Shown here one piece after another: positions 24,741 to 33,800 of a stretch of DNA of 43,647 bases; position 1 is the first letter of the stretch, and every line of letters begins with the position of its first letter. The notes beneath the pieces are model-generated. The model did no database searches, had not been told where the DNA came from, and saw nothing but the letters and a program-made list of their open reading frames with translations. The translations under genes were made by a program, and so were the position numbers. This DNA is from a virus: IMG/VR virus record IMGVR_UViG_3300045808_000015. One strand, 5' to 3'.

Positions 24741-25898
24741 ATGGGAGTATTTCAATCGTTTTTTGATATTTTCAAAAAAAATTCAGAGATTGAATCAAGC
24801 TATGATTTTGATGCGTTAATCGATGAATACCATACACTTTACTTGAAACACCTAGCCGTCGATACGTGTGCTGAGTTTTTAGCTCGGTCTTTTGGCCGTT
24901 CAGAATTTAGGATTCGAAAAAATGGGCAACCGCTTAAAAATGAATGGTCGTATTTGCTGAACGTCCGACCGAATTTAGACCAATCTGCATCATCATTTTG
25001 GCAACAAGTCGTTTATAAGTTGATCACGCAAAATGAGGTTTTAATTGTTTTGTCTGATGATGACCAATTATTAATCGCAGAAAGTTATGTCAGAAAAGAA
25101 TATGCGTTGTACGAAGATTATTTCGAAAGCGTGTGGTTGAAAGGGTATGAGTTCAAACGAAAGTTTCCAATGAGTGAAGTAATTTTTCTTCAGTATAACA
25201 ACAATGATTTAAGTCGATATGTACGTGGCCTGTATGAAGACTATGCCTCTCTCTACAATCGCATGGTTGAAGTGGCAATGCGCAACCATCAGATTAGAGC
25301 AACTGTTACTGGTAAAGAAGGTCGCGGTTTTGATGACAAGTTACAAAAGAGAGCACAATCGTATATTGATAAGGTTTATGCGAAATTCAGCAATGAATCT
25401 ATTGCAATTGTCCCGGTGCAAGCCGGACTCGAGTACAACGAACTAACAAATACAGTTGGAGAAACGAATCAGTCGATTGATGAACTGAAAAAGCTAAAAC
25501 GACAATTCGTGGATGAAGTCGCTGATATTTTAGGGATCCCTTCTACAATCTTGCATGGTGAATTAGCAGATTTAGAAAGTGCGCAAACAGTATTGAATAA
25601 ATATTGTTTGAAGTCATTAAATAAAAAAATTGAAGATGAGTTAAACGCTAAAATCATTGATAAAACTGAATTTGTTAATGGGACTGAAATCAAAGTTGTA
25701 GGCGTGGACAAAAAAGATATTTTCGATCTGGCTGATGCGGTAGATAAATTAATTTCAAGTGGCGGATTCAATCGAAATGAGATTCGAAAAGAAGTCGATT
25801 ATGAAAGTATTGATGGTGGCGACGAGTTTTACATCACCAAAAACTATGAGAAGGCAGCGAAAGGAGGGGAGGAAGTAAATGACGAAACTGGAAATTAA
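24741..25898 (+). CDS. Portal protein (HK97-type)
   Basis: Size and position between terL and the protease. Confidence 0.85.
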   Translation: MGVFQSFFDIFKKNSEIESSYDFDALIDEYHTLYLKHLAVDTCAEFLARSFGRSEFRIRKNGQPLKNEWSYLLNVRPNLDQSASSFWQQVVYKLITQNEVLIVLSDDDQLLIAESYVRKEYALYEDYFESVWLKGYEFKRKFPMSEVIFLQYNNNDLSRYVRGLYEDYASLYNRMVEVAMRNHQIRATVTGKEGRGFDDKLQKRAQSYIDKVYAKFSNESIAIVPVQAGLEYNELTNTVGETNQSIDELKKLKRQFVDEVADILGIPSTILHGELADLESAQTVLNKYCLKSLNKKIEDELNAKIIDKTEFVNGTEIKVVGVDKKDIFDLADAVDKLISSGGFNRNEIRKEVDYESIDGGDEFYITKNYEKAAKGGEEVNDETGN

Positions 25899-26586
25899 AG
25901 GAACGATTATTTCGAACAATCAAAAATGGATCTACGATTTGTTCGAAATGGATAGCACCGCACCGCGTGACATTGTTTTACCCGAAACCAATGAACCATT
26001 AGAAATTGTGATTAATTCGGGTGGAGGAGATGTCTATGCTGGAAGTGAGATATACACGGCTTTGCGTGCATATCAAGGTGAAGTGACAGTGAAAATTGTA
26101 GGGATTGCAGCTAGTGCGGCAAGCGTTATTGCGATGGCTGGTAGTTCAATTGAAATTAGTCCAACCGCCCAAATTATGATTCACAATGTTTCTAGTGGTG
26201 CAAGCGGTGATCACAGAGCGTTGGCTCATGAAGCAGAAGTCTTAAAGAACTATAATTTGTCGATCGCGAATGCTTATATCGGTAAAACGGGTCTTGAAAA
26301 AGAAAACTTACTTGAACTAATGAATCATGAAACCTGGTTGACAGCAGAACAAGCAGTAGAGAAAGGATTTGCGGACAAAGTAATGTTTCAAAATGAAGAA
26401 GCACCTTTACTAGTCGCAAGTGTCTCGCCGGTTATTCCGCCAGACGCGATTTCAAAATTGGCAGAAAAGTTAAAACCGCAGTTTGATTTAGATGAATTGG
26501 CAAATAAAGTAGCAGAAAAACTAAATACTAAAAAACAAGAATCGATTGAACCAGAAAATGCTGGTTTGAAACGGTTCTTTTTTTAA
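25879..26586 (+). CDS. ClpP-like (S14) prohead protease
   Basis: INSGGGDVYAG and GIAASAASVIAMAG motifs. Confidence 0.85.
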   Translation: MTKLEIKGTIISNNQKWIYDLFEMDSTAPRDIVLPETNEPLEIVINSGGGDVYAGSEIYTALRAYQGEVTVKIVGIAASAASVIAMAGSSIEISPTAQIMIHNVSSGASGDHRALAHEAEVLKNYNLSIANAYIGKTGLEKENLLELMNHETWLTAEQAVEKGFADKVMFQNEEAPLLVASVSPVIPPDAISKLAEKLKPQFDLDELANKVAEKLNTKKQESIEPENAGLKRFFF

Positions 26587-26612
26587 TACAAAAAATAAGG
26601 AGGTCATACTGA

Positions 26613-27728
26613 ATGACTATGAAACTATCAAACGAATTCAAAACAATTCGTGACAACTTCTTAGCTGCTGTTAATAATAACGAGCCAGCTGAAAAACAAA
26701 ATGAACTATACGGTGCAATGCTCGATGAATTGCTGAACGAAGCAAAAAAACAAGCGCGTGCTGAGGCAGAAGGATTAATTGCTGAAAATCCGGCAGATGC
26801 GAAATTATCTGCTCGTGAGCGTAAATTTTTTAATGCTATCAGCACGGACGTCGGTTATAAAGAAGAAAAATTGTTGCCGCAAGAAACCATTGATCGAATC
26901 TTTGAGAACTTAACTACTGCCCATTCACTATTAGCTGAAATCGGTTTAGTAAACGCAGGGCTACGATTGAAATTCTTGAAATCTGAAACAAGTGGTGTTG
27001 CTGTATGGGGAAAAATCTTCGGCGAGATCAAAGGTCAGTTAGATGCAGCGTTCAGTGAAGAAGAAGCAATTCAAAGCAAATTGACGGCGTTTGTAGTTGT
27101 TCCTAAGGATTTGAAAGACTTCGGACCAGCTTGGATTGAATCATTTGTGGCTACTCAAATTGATGAAGCTTTTGCAGTGGCTTTAGAGGCTGCTTTTTTA
27201 TCAGGAGATGGAAATGACAAGCCGATTGGTTTAAATCGTCAAGTTCAAGAAGGTGTAGCCATTACTGGTGGTGTTTATCCAGAAAAAACTTCAATGGGCG
27301 ATTTAACATTTGCTGATTCAGCAACGACCGTTAAAGAACTAACGAATGTTTACAAACATCATTCAACTGACGAAAAAGGTCATGCAGTTGCTGTAGATGG
27401 AAAAGTTGTCATGGTAGTTAATCCTAGTGATGCTTGGGATGTCAAACGTCAATATACTTCATTAAATGCGCAAGGAGTATATGTAACTGCGTTACCTTAC
27501 AATTTGAAAATTGTTGAATCATTAGCGCAAGCAACTGAAAAAGTTTTAACGTTCGTAAACGGCCGATACGATGCATATATTGGCGGGGGCATTACTTTAC
27601 GTAAATACGATCAAACATTAGCGATTGAAGACATGGATTTATACACTGCTAAACAGTTTGCTTATGGGAAAGCTAAAGATGATAAGGCTGCTGCAGTTTG
27701 GGGATTAAAAGTATCCGAGGGAAAATAG
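26613..27728 (+). CDS. Major capsid protein (HK97 fold); possible -1 frameshift extension to 27790
   Basis: Position after the protease, and size. Slippery G_GGA_AAA at 27719..27725 is in phase, directly before the stop. Confidence 0.85.
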   Translation: MTMKLSNEFKTIRDNFLAAVNNNEPAEKQNELYGAMLDELLNEAKKQARAEAEGLIAENPADAKLSARERKFFNAISTDVGYKEEKLLPQETIDRIFENLTTAHSLLAEIGLVNAGLRLKFLKSETSGVAVWGKIFGEIKGQLDAAFSEEEAIQSKLTAFVVVPKDLKDFGPAWIESFVATQIDEAFAVALEAAFLSGDGNDKPIGLNRQVQEGVAITGGVYPEKTSMGDLTFADSATTVKELTNVYKHHSTDEKGHAVAVDGKVVMVVNPSDAWDVKRQYTSLNAQGVYVTALPYNLKIVESLAQATEKVLTFVNGRYDAYIGGGITLRKYDQTLAIEDMDLYTAKQFAYGKAKDDKAAAVWGLKVSEGK

Positions 27729-27805
27729 AGGCCCCCGCAGTTATTAATGTTGAACCGACAAGTGACGGAGCAACAATTGCACTGCGATAGAAAGGGGCGT
27801 TTCTA

Positions 27806-28108
27806 TTGGATGAGAAATTGCTAAAAGATTTCAAATCGCGGATGAGAATCTTTCATACTGCTGACGATGAAAACTTAGAAAATATTTTGAAAAGTTCAAA
27901 AGTAGCTGTTAAGCGATGGTGTGGGACTGACAATGTTTCAAATCCTGAAATTCGCGAACTCGTGATTGAACGCAGCCGATATGTCTACAATGATTCGTTA
28001 GAATTTTTCAATGATAACTTTCAATCGGAATTAATGGCTGTCTCTTTAGCAAATTATGAAGAGGGAGCTGATGGCGAAGATGAAGTACCAGAAACCCAAA
28101 GTCAATAA
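27806..28108 (+). CDS. gp6-like head-tail connector
   Basis: TTG start after aaagggg. Pattern LKDFKSRMRIFHTADDENLENILKSS. Confidence 0.6.
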   Translation: MDEKLLKDFKSRMRIFHTADDENLENILKSSKVAVKRWCGTDNVSNPEIRELVIERSRYVYNDSLEFFNDNFQSELMAVSLANYEEGADGEDEVPETQSQ

Positions 28109-28445
28109 CGGCGCTATGAGAACACCTGTTGAATTTTTTCAATATCGACCTCATAAAGGCCCTGAGCCAGGCGAGCAAGAGAAGCAGACCATTTTTAATT
28201 GTTTCGCTGAGATTTATAACCCCTCAATGAAAGACTTGGAAATTTTGAACTCAAAGACGACTAAACAAGCAGTAACTCTCACGATTAGAGATCCGCAAAC
28301 TGACTACATTGTTTCAAACAAGCATTATGTAGAGGTTATGGATAGGAGATATTCAGGCATTCGTTGGAACATCGTTGACGTTCGAAATGATTTCACTGAC
28401 AACCGATTCATCACGATTTTGTTAGCGGTGTATGACGATGAATAA
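28071..28445 (+). CDS. Head closure / head-tail adaptor protein
   Basis: Position. The start is ambiguous (28056, 28071 or 28080). Confidence 0.55.
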   Translation: MAKMKYQKPKVNNGAMRTPVEFFQYRPHKGPEPGEQEKQTIFNCFAEIYNPSMKDLEILNSKTTKQAVTLTIRDPQTDYIVSNKHYVEVMDRRYSGIRWNIVDVRNDFTDNRFITILLAVYDDE

Positions 28446-28842
28446 TGTTGATTTTAAAGGTGTAAATGAAACGCTACGTGAGATGGAAAAACGTTTAGGG
28501 TCCACTAAAACACGAAAAATTGCTCGTGAAGCGGTTGACGAAGGGGCTTCTGATGTTGAGGAACAAATGAAATGGGCAATGATGTCTTTTAAAGACACTG
28601 GCGCTACTATCGATGAAGTCGTCAAAAAGAAAGCAACGTACCGCAATGAAAACACCGAAGCTGAAATTGGCTGGAACGGTCCAAAACAGCGGTATCGAAT
28701 TATCCATTTGAACGAGTGGGGATACACCAGAAATGGTCGTCAAATAAAGCCGCGTGGATTTGGAGTAATAACAAAATCACTGAAATCATCTGAAAAAATT
28801 TACTTTAATACAGTAGCTAGGGAGTTGAGGAATAAGTTATGA
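28432..28842 (+). CDS. HK97 gp10-like protein
   Basis: Position and the FKDTGAT motif. Confidence 0.6.
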   Translation: MTMNNVDFKGVNETLREMEKRLGSTKTRKIAREAVDEGASDVEEQMKWAMMSFKDTGATIDEVVKKKATYRNENTEAEIGWNGPKQRYRIIHLNEWGYTRNGRQIKPRGFGVITKSLKSSEKIYFNTVARELRNKL

Positions 28843-29249
28843 AAGATATGTTGATGACAATTTATGAGGCACTATGCTCAAACTCTTATATCCACGATAT
28901 GACTTACAACTCTGATTCAGAAGAGTACAGGATTAAGTTTTACGAGCAACCTGAAACGGCTGACAAAACAGGTGCGTTTATCACAATTCGACCTGCAGAT
29001 GTACCGAACGAAGCATTCCACGGGAGCGATAAAGAGCTTTCTATCGAACACCTGATACAAATTGATGTGGAGTCAAAATACAGAGCGACATGCAAACAAA
29101 TGCAGTATGAAATTAAAAAAGAGATGAAGAAGCTTGGTTTTGGCCAAGTGAGCGGCCAAGGTTTAGACGAATATTTCTCGGAGACTAGACGTTATGTAGA
29201 CGCTCGACGATATGACGGGAATACACGAATTTACGATACACAATATTAA
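28839..29249 (+). CDS. Tail completion/terminator-like protein
   Basis: Position only. Confidence 0.45.
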   Translation: MKDMLMTIYEALCSNSYIHDMTYNSDSEEYRIKFYEQPETADKTGAFITIRPADVPNEAFHGSDKELSIEHLIQIDVESKYRATCKQMQYEIKKEMKKLGFGQVSGQGLDEYFSETRRYVDARRYDGNTRIYDTQY

Positions 29250-29267
29250 AACAGAATAACAGGAATT

Positions 29268-29296
29268 AAGACACGAAAACTCGTGTCTTTTTTTGT
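29268..29296 (+). terminator. Intrinsic terminator just upstream of the major tail gene
   Basis: Stem gacacga/tcgtgtc, loop aaac, followed by tttttttg. Confidence 0.65.
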
Positions 29297-29321
29297 TGTC
29301 AAAATTAGGAGGAAATAAATT

Positions 29322-29906
29322 ATGACTTTAGTCGGATTTAAAAAAATGACAATCGGAATTTTTGATAAGGACGGTAAAATTCCAACAGCTAATCAATTTG
29401 TTATTGAAGGTAAACAAGATAAAGGGGCCACTGTATCCGCTGAAATTAGCGGCCTATCAAAAGAAGCTACAAAGGTATATGGATCAAATATTGCTTACTA
29501 TATCTCGCAAAAAGGAACAGGGGACATTTCTGCAACGTTTGGATTGTTAGATTTGCCAGAAGATCTAAATGACAAGATTCTTGGTTACAAAACTGATGCA
29601 AACAAGATCAGCTTTCTTGGCGAAGACACGGAGCCGCCATATTGCGCATTGCTTATGGAGTCAGAAGATCTCGGTGGGGATACAGCTATGTTGACAATCT
29701 TTAAAGGTAAGTTTAGTCGTGAAGCTATCAATTTGAATACTACAACAAATGAAGCCTTTGAACCTGAAGCAGAGGAGTATGTATTTTCTGCAATTGCCAA
29801 TGATGCTGATGGCGATGCAAAGGGGCAATCGGTTGCTAAATATGTTGGAGATGAAGAGGCGTCAATTACAGCAATGCGCACAATGGCTTTTCCAGCGGGG
29901 GAGTAA
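29322..29906 (+). CDS. Major tail (tube) protein, phi13-type; possible -1 frameshift extension to 29968
   Basis: Position, size and N-terminal pattern. A GGGGG run at 29897..29901 precedes the stop. Confidence 0.8.
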   Translation: MTLVGFKKMTIGIFDKDGKIPTANQFVIEGKQDKGATVSAEISGLSKEATKVYGSNIAYYISQKGTGDISATFGLLDLPEDLNDKILGYKTDANKISFLGEDTEPPYCALLMESEDLGGDTAMLTIFKGKFSREAINLNTTTNEAFEPEAEEYVFSAIANDADGDAKGQSVAKYVGDEEASITAMRTMAFPAGE

Positions 29907-29972
29907 CAAGCCCAGTCGTTGGGACAGTTACCCCGACGACGACAGGGGCAACAATCGCATTAAGTTAGGAGA

Positions 29973-30320
29973 ATGAGTGTGGTAGATACATTTAGAATTT
30001 ATAAAAAAGATGGAACAAAAGTAGTGGAGGGCACAAGCCCTCTTTCTATCACTGGTATTGCAGCAAATACACAAGTAGCAAAGGGAGACTATCAAGCAAC
30101 TCGGTTGGTTAATGATGTTGAATCAATGAAAGTTGATATCCCAGCATTTAAGACATTGCCCGAACAAGAGCCGGAAACACCTAGCTTTGATCCTGAAGGA
30201 GATGTAAAGCCAACAAATGCGAATACCGTTGAAGAAATAAAAGCATGGTTGACAGCACATGGTATTGATTACACCGGAAAGACACTTAAATCAGATTTGC
30301 TTGCATTAGTACCAGCGTAG
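29973..30320 (+). CDS. Ig/FN3-like beta domain + Pro/Glu linker + HeH (SAP-like) motif protein
   Basis: FRIYKKDGTKVVEG..SPLSITGI..GDYQATRLVN..KVDIPAFKT has an FN3-like strand pattern. The C-terminal TVEEIKAWLTAHGIDYTGKTLKSDLLALV is HeH-like. The start may be the GTG at 29979. Confidence 0.55.
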   Translation: MSVVDTFRIYKKDGTKVVEGTSPLSITGIAANTQVAKGDYQATRLVNDVESMKVDIPAFKTLPEQEPETPSFDPEGDVKPTNANTVEEIKAWLTAHGIDYTGKTLKSDLLALVPA

Positions 30321-30326
30321 GTTTTT

Positions 30327-30355
30327 AGAGGACTGTAGTAGTCCTCTTTTTTATT
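30327..30355 (+). terminator. Intrinsic terminator
   Basis: Stem agaggac/gtcctct, followed by ttttttattt. Confidence 0.65.
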
Positions 30356-30380
30356 TGAAAATATTAGGAGGAAATTATAG

Positions 30381-30692
30381 ATGGCACAAGTTCGAATTGA
30401 ATTAAAAAATAAAAAAGGCAAAAAAGAAGTCTTTGAGAAATTAGAAACAACCGGGAAAGACTATCGTTTAGCTTTGCAAACAATTAAAAAATTAAATGCA
30501 GAAAAAATCATGCTGTGGGATCAGTTAGATATTTATTTAGCTTTTGCAGTGGAAATTTTCAAAGCAGACAAATTGACTACAGATCAGATTTTGGAAGGAT
30601 TACCTTCTGAAAAAACTCGGGAAACTTTGGATGATTTATTAGGGCAAGTAATGGGAATTGAAGATAATCCTGATCCAGATGCAAAAAAGTAA
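30381..30692 (+). CDS. Tail assembly chaperone (G-like)
   Basis: Position before the tape measure gene. Ends in the slippery A_AAA_AAG. Confidence 0.8.
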   Translation: MAQVRIELKNKKGKKEVFEKLETTGKDYRLALQTIKKLNAEKIMLWDQLDIYLAFAVEIFKADKLTTDQILEGLPSEKTRETLDDLLGQVMGIEDNPDPDAKK

Positions 30693-30871
30693 CTCCGGAA
30701 GAGGCCGAAGAAATGTATCTGGAATTGTGCCGAGAATTAACTAAACAGGGATGGTCTCTCTCTGATATTGAAAATAATTCTTTTGACACGTTAATTGAAA
30801 TTGCTTGTGTAAGACCGAAAAAAGAAAAATCAAAAGAAGTCGACCTAAAAGACTTCGTCAAATCTATTTAG
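30381..30871 (+). CDS. Tail assembly chaperone -1 frameshift product (GT-like)
   Basis: A_AAA_AAG at 30683..30689 is in phase. The -1 frame stays open for 60 codons (VTPEEAEEMYLELCRELTKQGWSLSDIENN...) to the TAG at 30869. Confidence 0.75.
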
Positions 30872-30886
30872 GAAAGGAGGAAAATT

Positions 30887-33800
30887 ATGGCAAACGGGAA
30901 ACCGTTAGGTAATATGAAGGTTATCTTAGACCTAGACAGTTCTGCCTTTTCAAAAGGACTTGATGGAGCAAAAAAAAGTGTTGCGTACAATATGAAAGCC
31001 ATGCAATCACAGATGAAAGTAATGAATTCATCGGGTGATAAATTGGGCGCTTTGCAAACAAAATACGACGGACTTAGCAAAACGCTTAGCTCTAACGAAA
31101 AGTACATGAGTAAGTTAAAGACTCAGTATGATAAAAGCTTCGACGCGAATGGTAAAGCAACGGCTTCCACTGCTAAATATGCAAATGAATTGAATCAAGC
31201 GATTGCTAAGTCTGCTAGTTATGAAGCTCAGATGAAAACCACTACAGGACAAATTGCCCGCATGAAGGTAGAAACAGAAGGTGTAACTGGGAAACTTAAA
31301 GCACAATCTGATCAGTGGATTAAGTCAGGAAAGAAAATTGAATCTTTCGGTAAAAAAATGTCTAGCATAGGAAGCACATTGACCATGTCTGTTACAGCGC
31401 CGATCGCTGCTGGGTTTGGATTGGCTACTAAGAAGGCTGTTGATTTTCAAACTCAAATTGGTGAAATTGGTCCATTGTTGACCAACGGTGGGAAAATGAC
31501 AACCGAATATCGCAATCAATTAGATCAGATGTCTGTTAGCTCGAAAAAATGGGCGAAGGAATATGGCGTTTCTACTACTGAAATAAATACTGGTTTAGCA
31601 GAAATTGTTCGTAAAGGCTATGACGCGAATCAAACGCTTGGTGTAATGCCTTCTATTTTAGATGCTACCAAAGCATCCGGGGACGACTTCAACGATGTAA
31701 TGAATGTAACAACCGAGGTAATCAGTCAGTTTAATTTAAAAGGCAAAGATTACAATAGCACTGTTAAGAACGCAACACGTGTGACGGATGCGTTGACTTA
31801 TGTGGCTAATGCAACTTCTGCTGGTTTCTCAGATTTAGGACTAGCAATGGGGTATGTGGGACCAGTAGCGAATAGCTTAGGCATGGATGTAGAAGAAACT
31901 GCTTCTGCAATTGGTCTGCTAAGTGATGCTGGTATCGGCGGAGAAAAAGCTGGGACTGCATTACGTGGAGCATTAACTCGTTTATTGAAGCCATCAAAAC
32001 AAAACATTGCCGGATTTGAAAAACTAGGTATTTCTGTAGATGAGTTTAAAAACGGTACGTTAACTCTTCCAGATATGTTGAATAAGATTAAGCAAAACAC
32101 TGAAGGCTGGACGGATGCGCAACGTACATCTGCAATAGCCTTAGCCTTCGGCACCGAATCTCAATCAGCAATGAACGTATTAGTTGGGCAAGGCGGTGAC
32201 GCGTTAAAAGGGTTAACTAAAGAAACTTATAACGCTAACGGTGCCACTAAAGAAATTGCAAAATCAATGAATGATTTACCAGCCAATAAGGTGGCTCGAT
32301 TTAAAGAATCGTTAAATGTTTTAGCCATTACCGCTGGAGAGAAATTGCTTCCAGTGTTTACACCTATACTTGAGAAAGCAACTCAGTTGATCAACAAATT
32401 CTCTGAGTTGGATGATGAAACTCAACAGAACATTCTTAAATGGGGGCTTATGGCGGCCGCTGTCGGTCCAACATTAAAACTATTTGGCACCGGGGCTACA
32501 GTAATAGGTAAGACTCAAACTGCTGTCGGCAAATTGACTGGTGGGATTGTAGACTTAGCCGCTAAAGCAGCTGAGAAGAAAGCAATTGCAGGATTTAGTA
32601 CGACTGTTGCATCAGTAGGTACTGCTTCTGCTACTGCTGCTGGGGCAAGTGGTGTGGCTGGGTTAGGAGCGTCTATCGCTGGCTTGGCAGGACCCATTGG
32701 AATTGGATTAGTAGCATTAGGAGCGGTAGCTGGTGCTGTAGTTGTAGGTAAAAAGGCCTATGATGATTACCAATTATCTGGTGGCAAGTGGGGCACAGAA
32801 GTTACTGGCACCCAAGATAAAGTAATCACAAAATCGAACGAGTTAAAAGAAAAAGGCGTTCAGTATATGAACGAGTACCAAGACGGTGTCAATACCAATG
32901 CTGAAAAAATCAAAAAGGCAAATAAAGGTATTCAAGACGCGATTGAAGGAACGCTGGAAAAAGAAGAAAAACGTCGTGAGAAGATTACTAAATTAAGCTT
33001 TTTGGATGAAGAAACAAAAGCTTGGTATGATCAAGTTATTGCCGCGCAGAAAAAAGTTGATGAGAAAACAGCCGAAACGGTTAAAGCACAAATCGATAAG
33101 ATTAACGGAATATACAAAAATGCTTCTGATAATAATCGACAATTATCTGATCAAGAAATGCAATATATCAGAGCGTCGTACGCTAACTTATCCGATGATC
33201 AATTGAAAGCAGCTGGTTTTACTAAGTCGCAGCGGTTGGCAATCGAAACAGCTTATCAGGATGATTTGTCGAAGTTGAGTGAAAAAGAAGTAAGTACACG
33301 AATTAAAACGTTAGAAAAAGCCTTGGATAAGGAAAAGACCTCTTATGATAAGCAACGTAAAGAGATTGAAAGTAACGAAACTCTTAGCTCATCTGTCAGA
33401 AAAAGATTATTAAACGATTTAAAAGAAAATTATAAGAAAAGCACTAGTGAAATGATTACGGCTCTTGGTAATCTTACTGAAAAATCAGGATCTTCATTAG
33501 ATTCGGTTTGGTTCAAATGGGAAAAGTACGGATACAACGTTGAAGAAGTGACTGCATTAGTGTCTAGCAGTGTCAAAGATACCACTAAAGACCTAAGCTT
33601 ATTCGCAAAAGGAACTTCCGATGCTGATATGCAATGGAACGCTTTAAGTCTTGATCCTAAGACTGGTGAAGTTAAAACAAACATGACTGATGTTTTAACT
33701 GAAATCGCTCAGACTGATGATGGATGGAATCAGCTCAAATTTATGGTTAAGGAAGCTAAATTAACTTCTAACGCAAAAGAAGAAGTCGCAATTGCTATGG

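Noticed and set aside
27788-29968. TAG reassignment or suppression (recoded phage) to explain the TAG-terminated tags, possibly via the odd tRNA
   Set aside because: TAG ends many well-delimited genes here (for example at 8802..8804, 14138..14140 and 27726..27728), each followed by a normal RBS and start. The tRNA loop contains CAT, not CTA, so there is no evidence of an amber suppressor.
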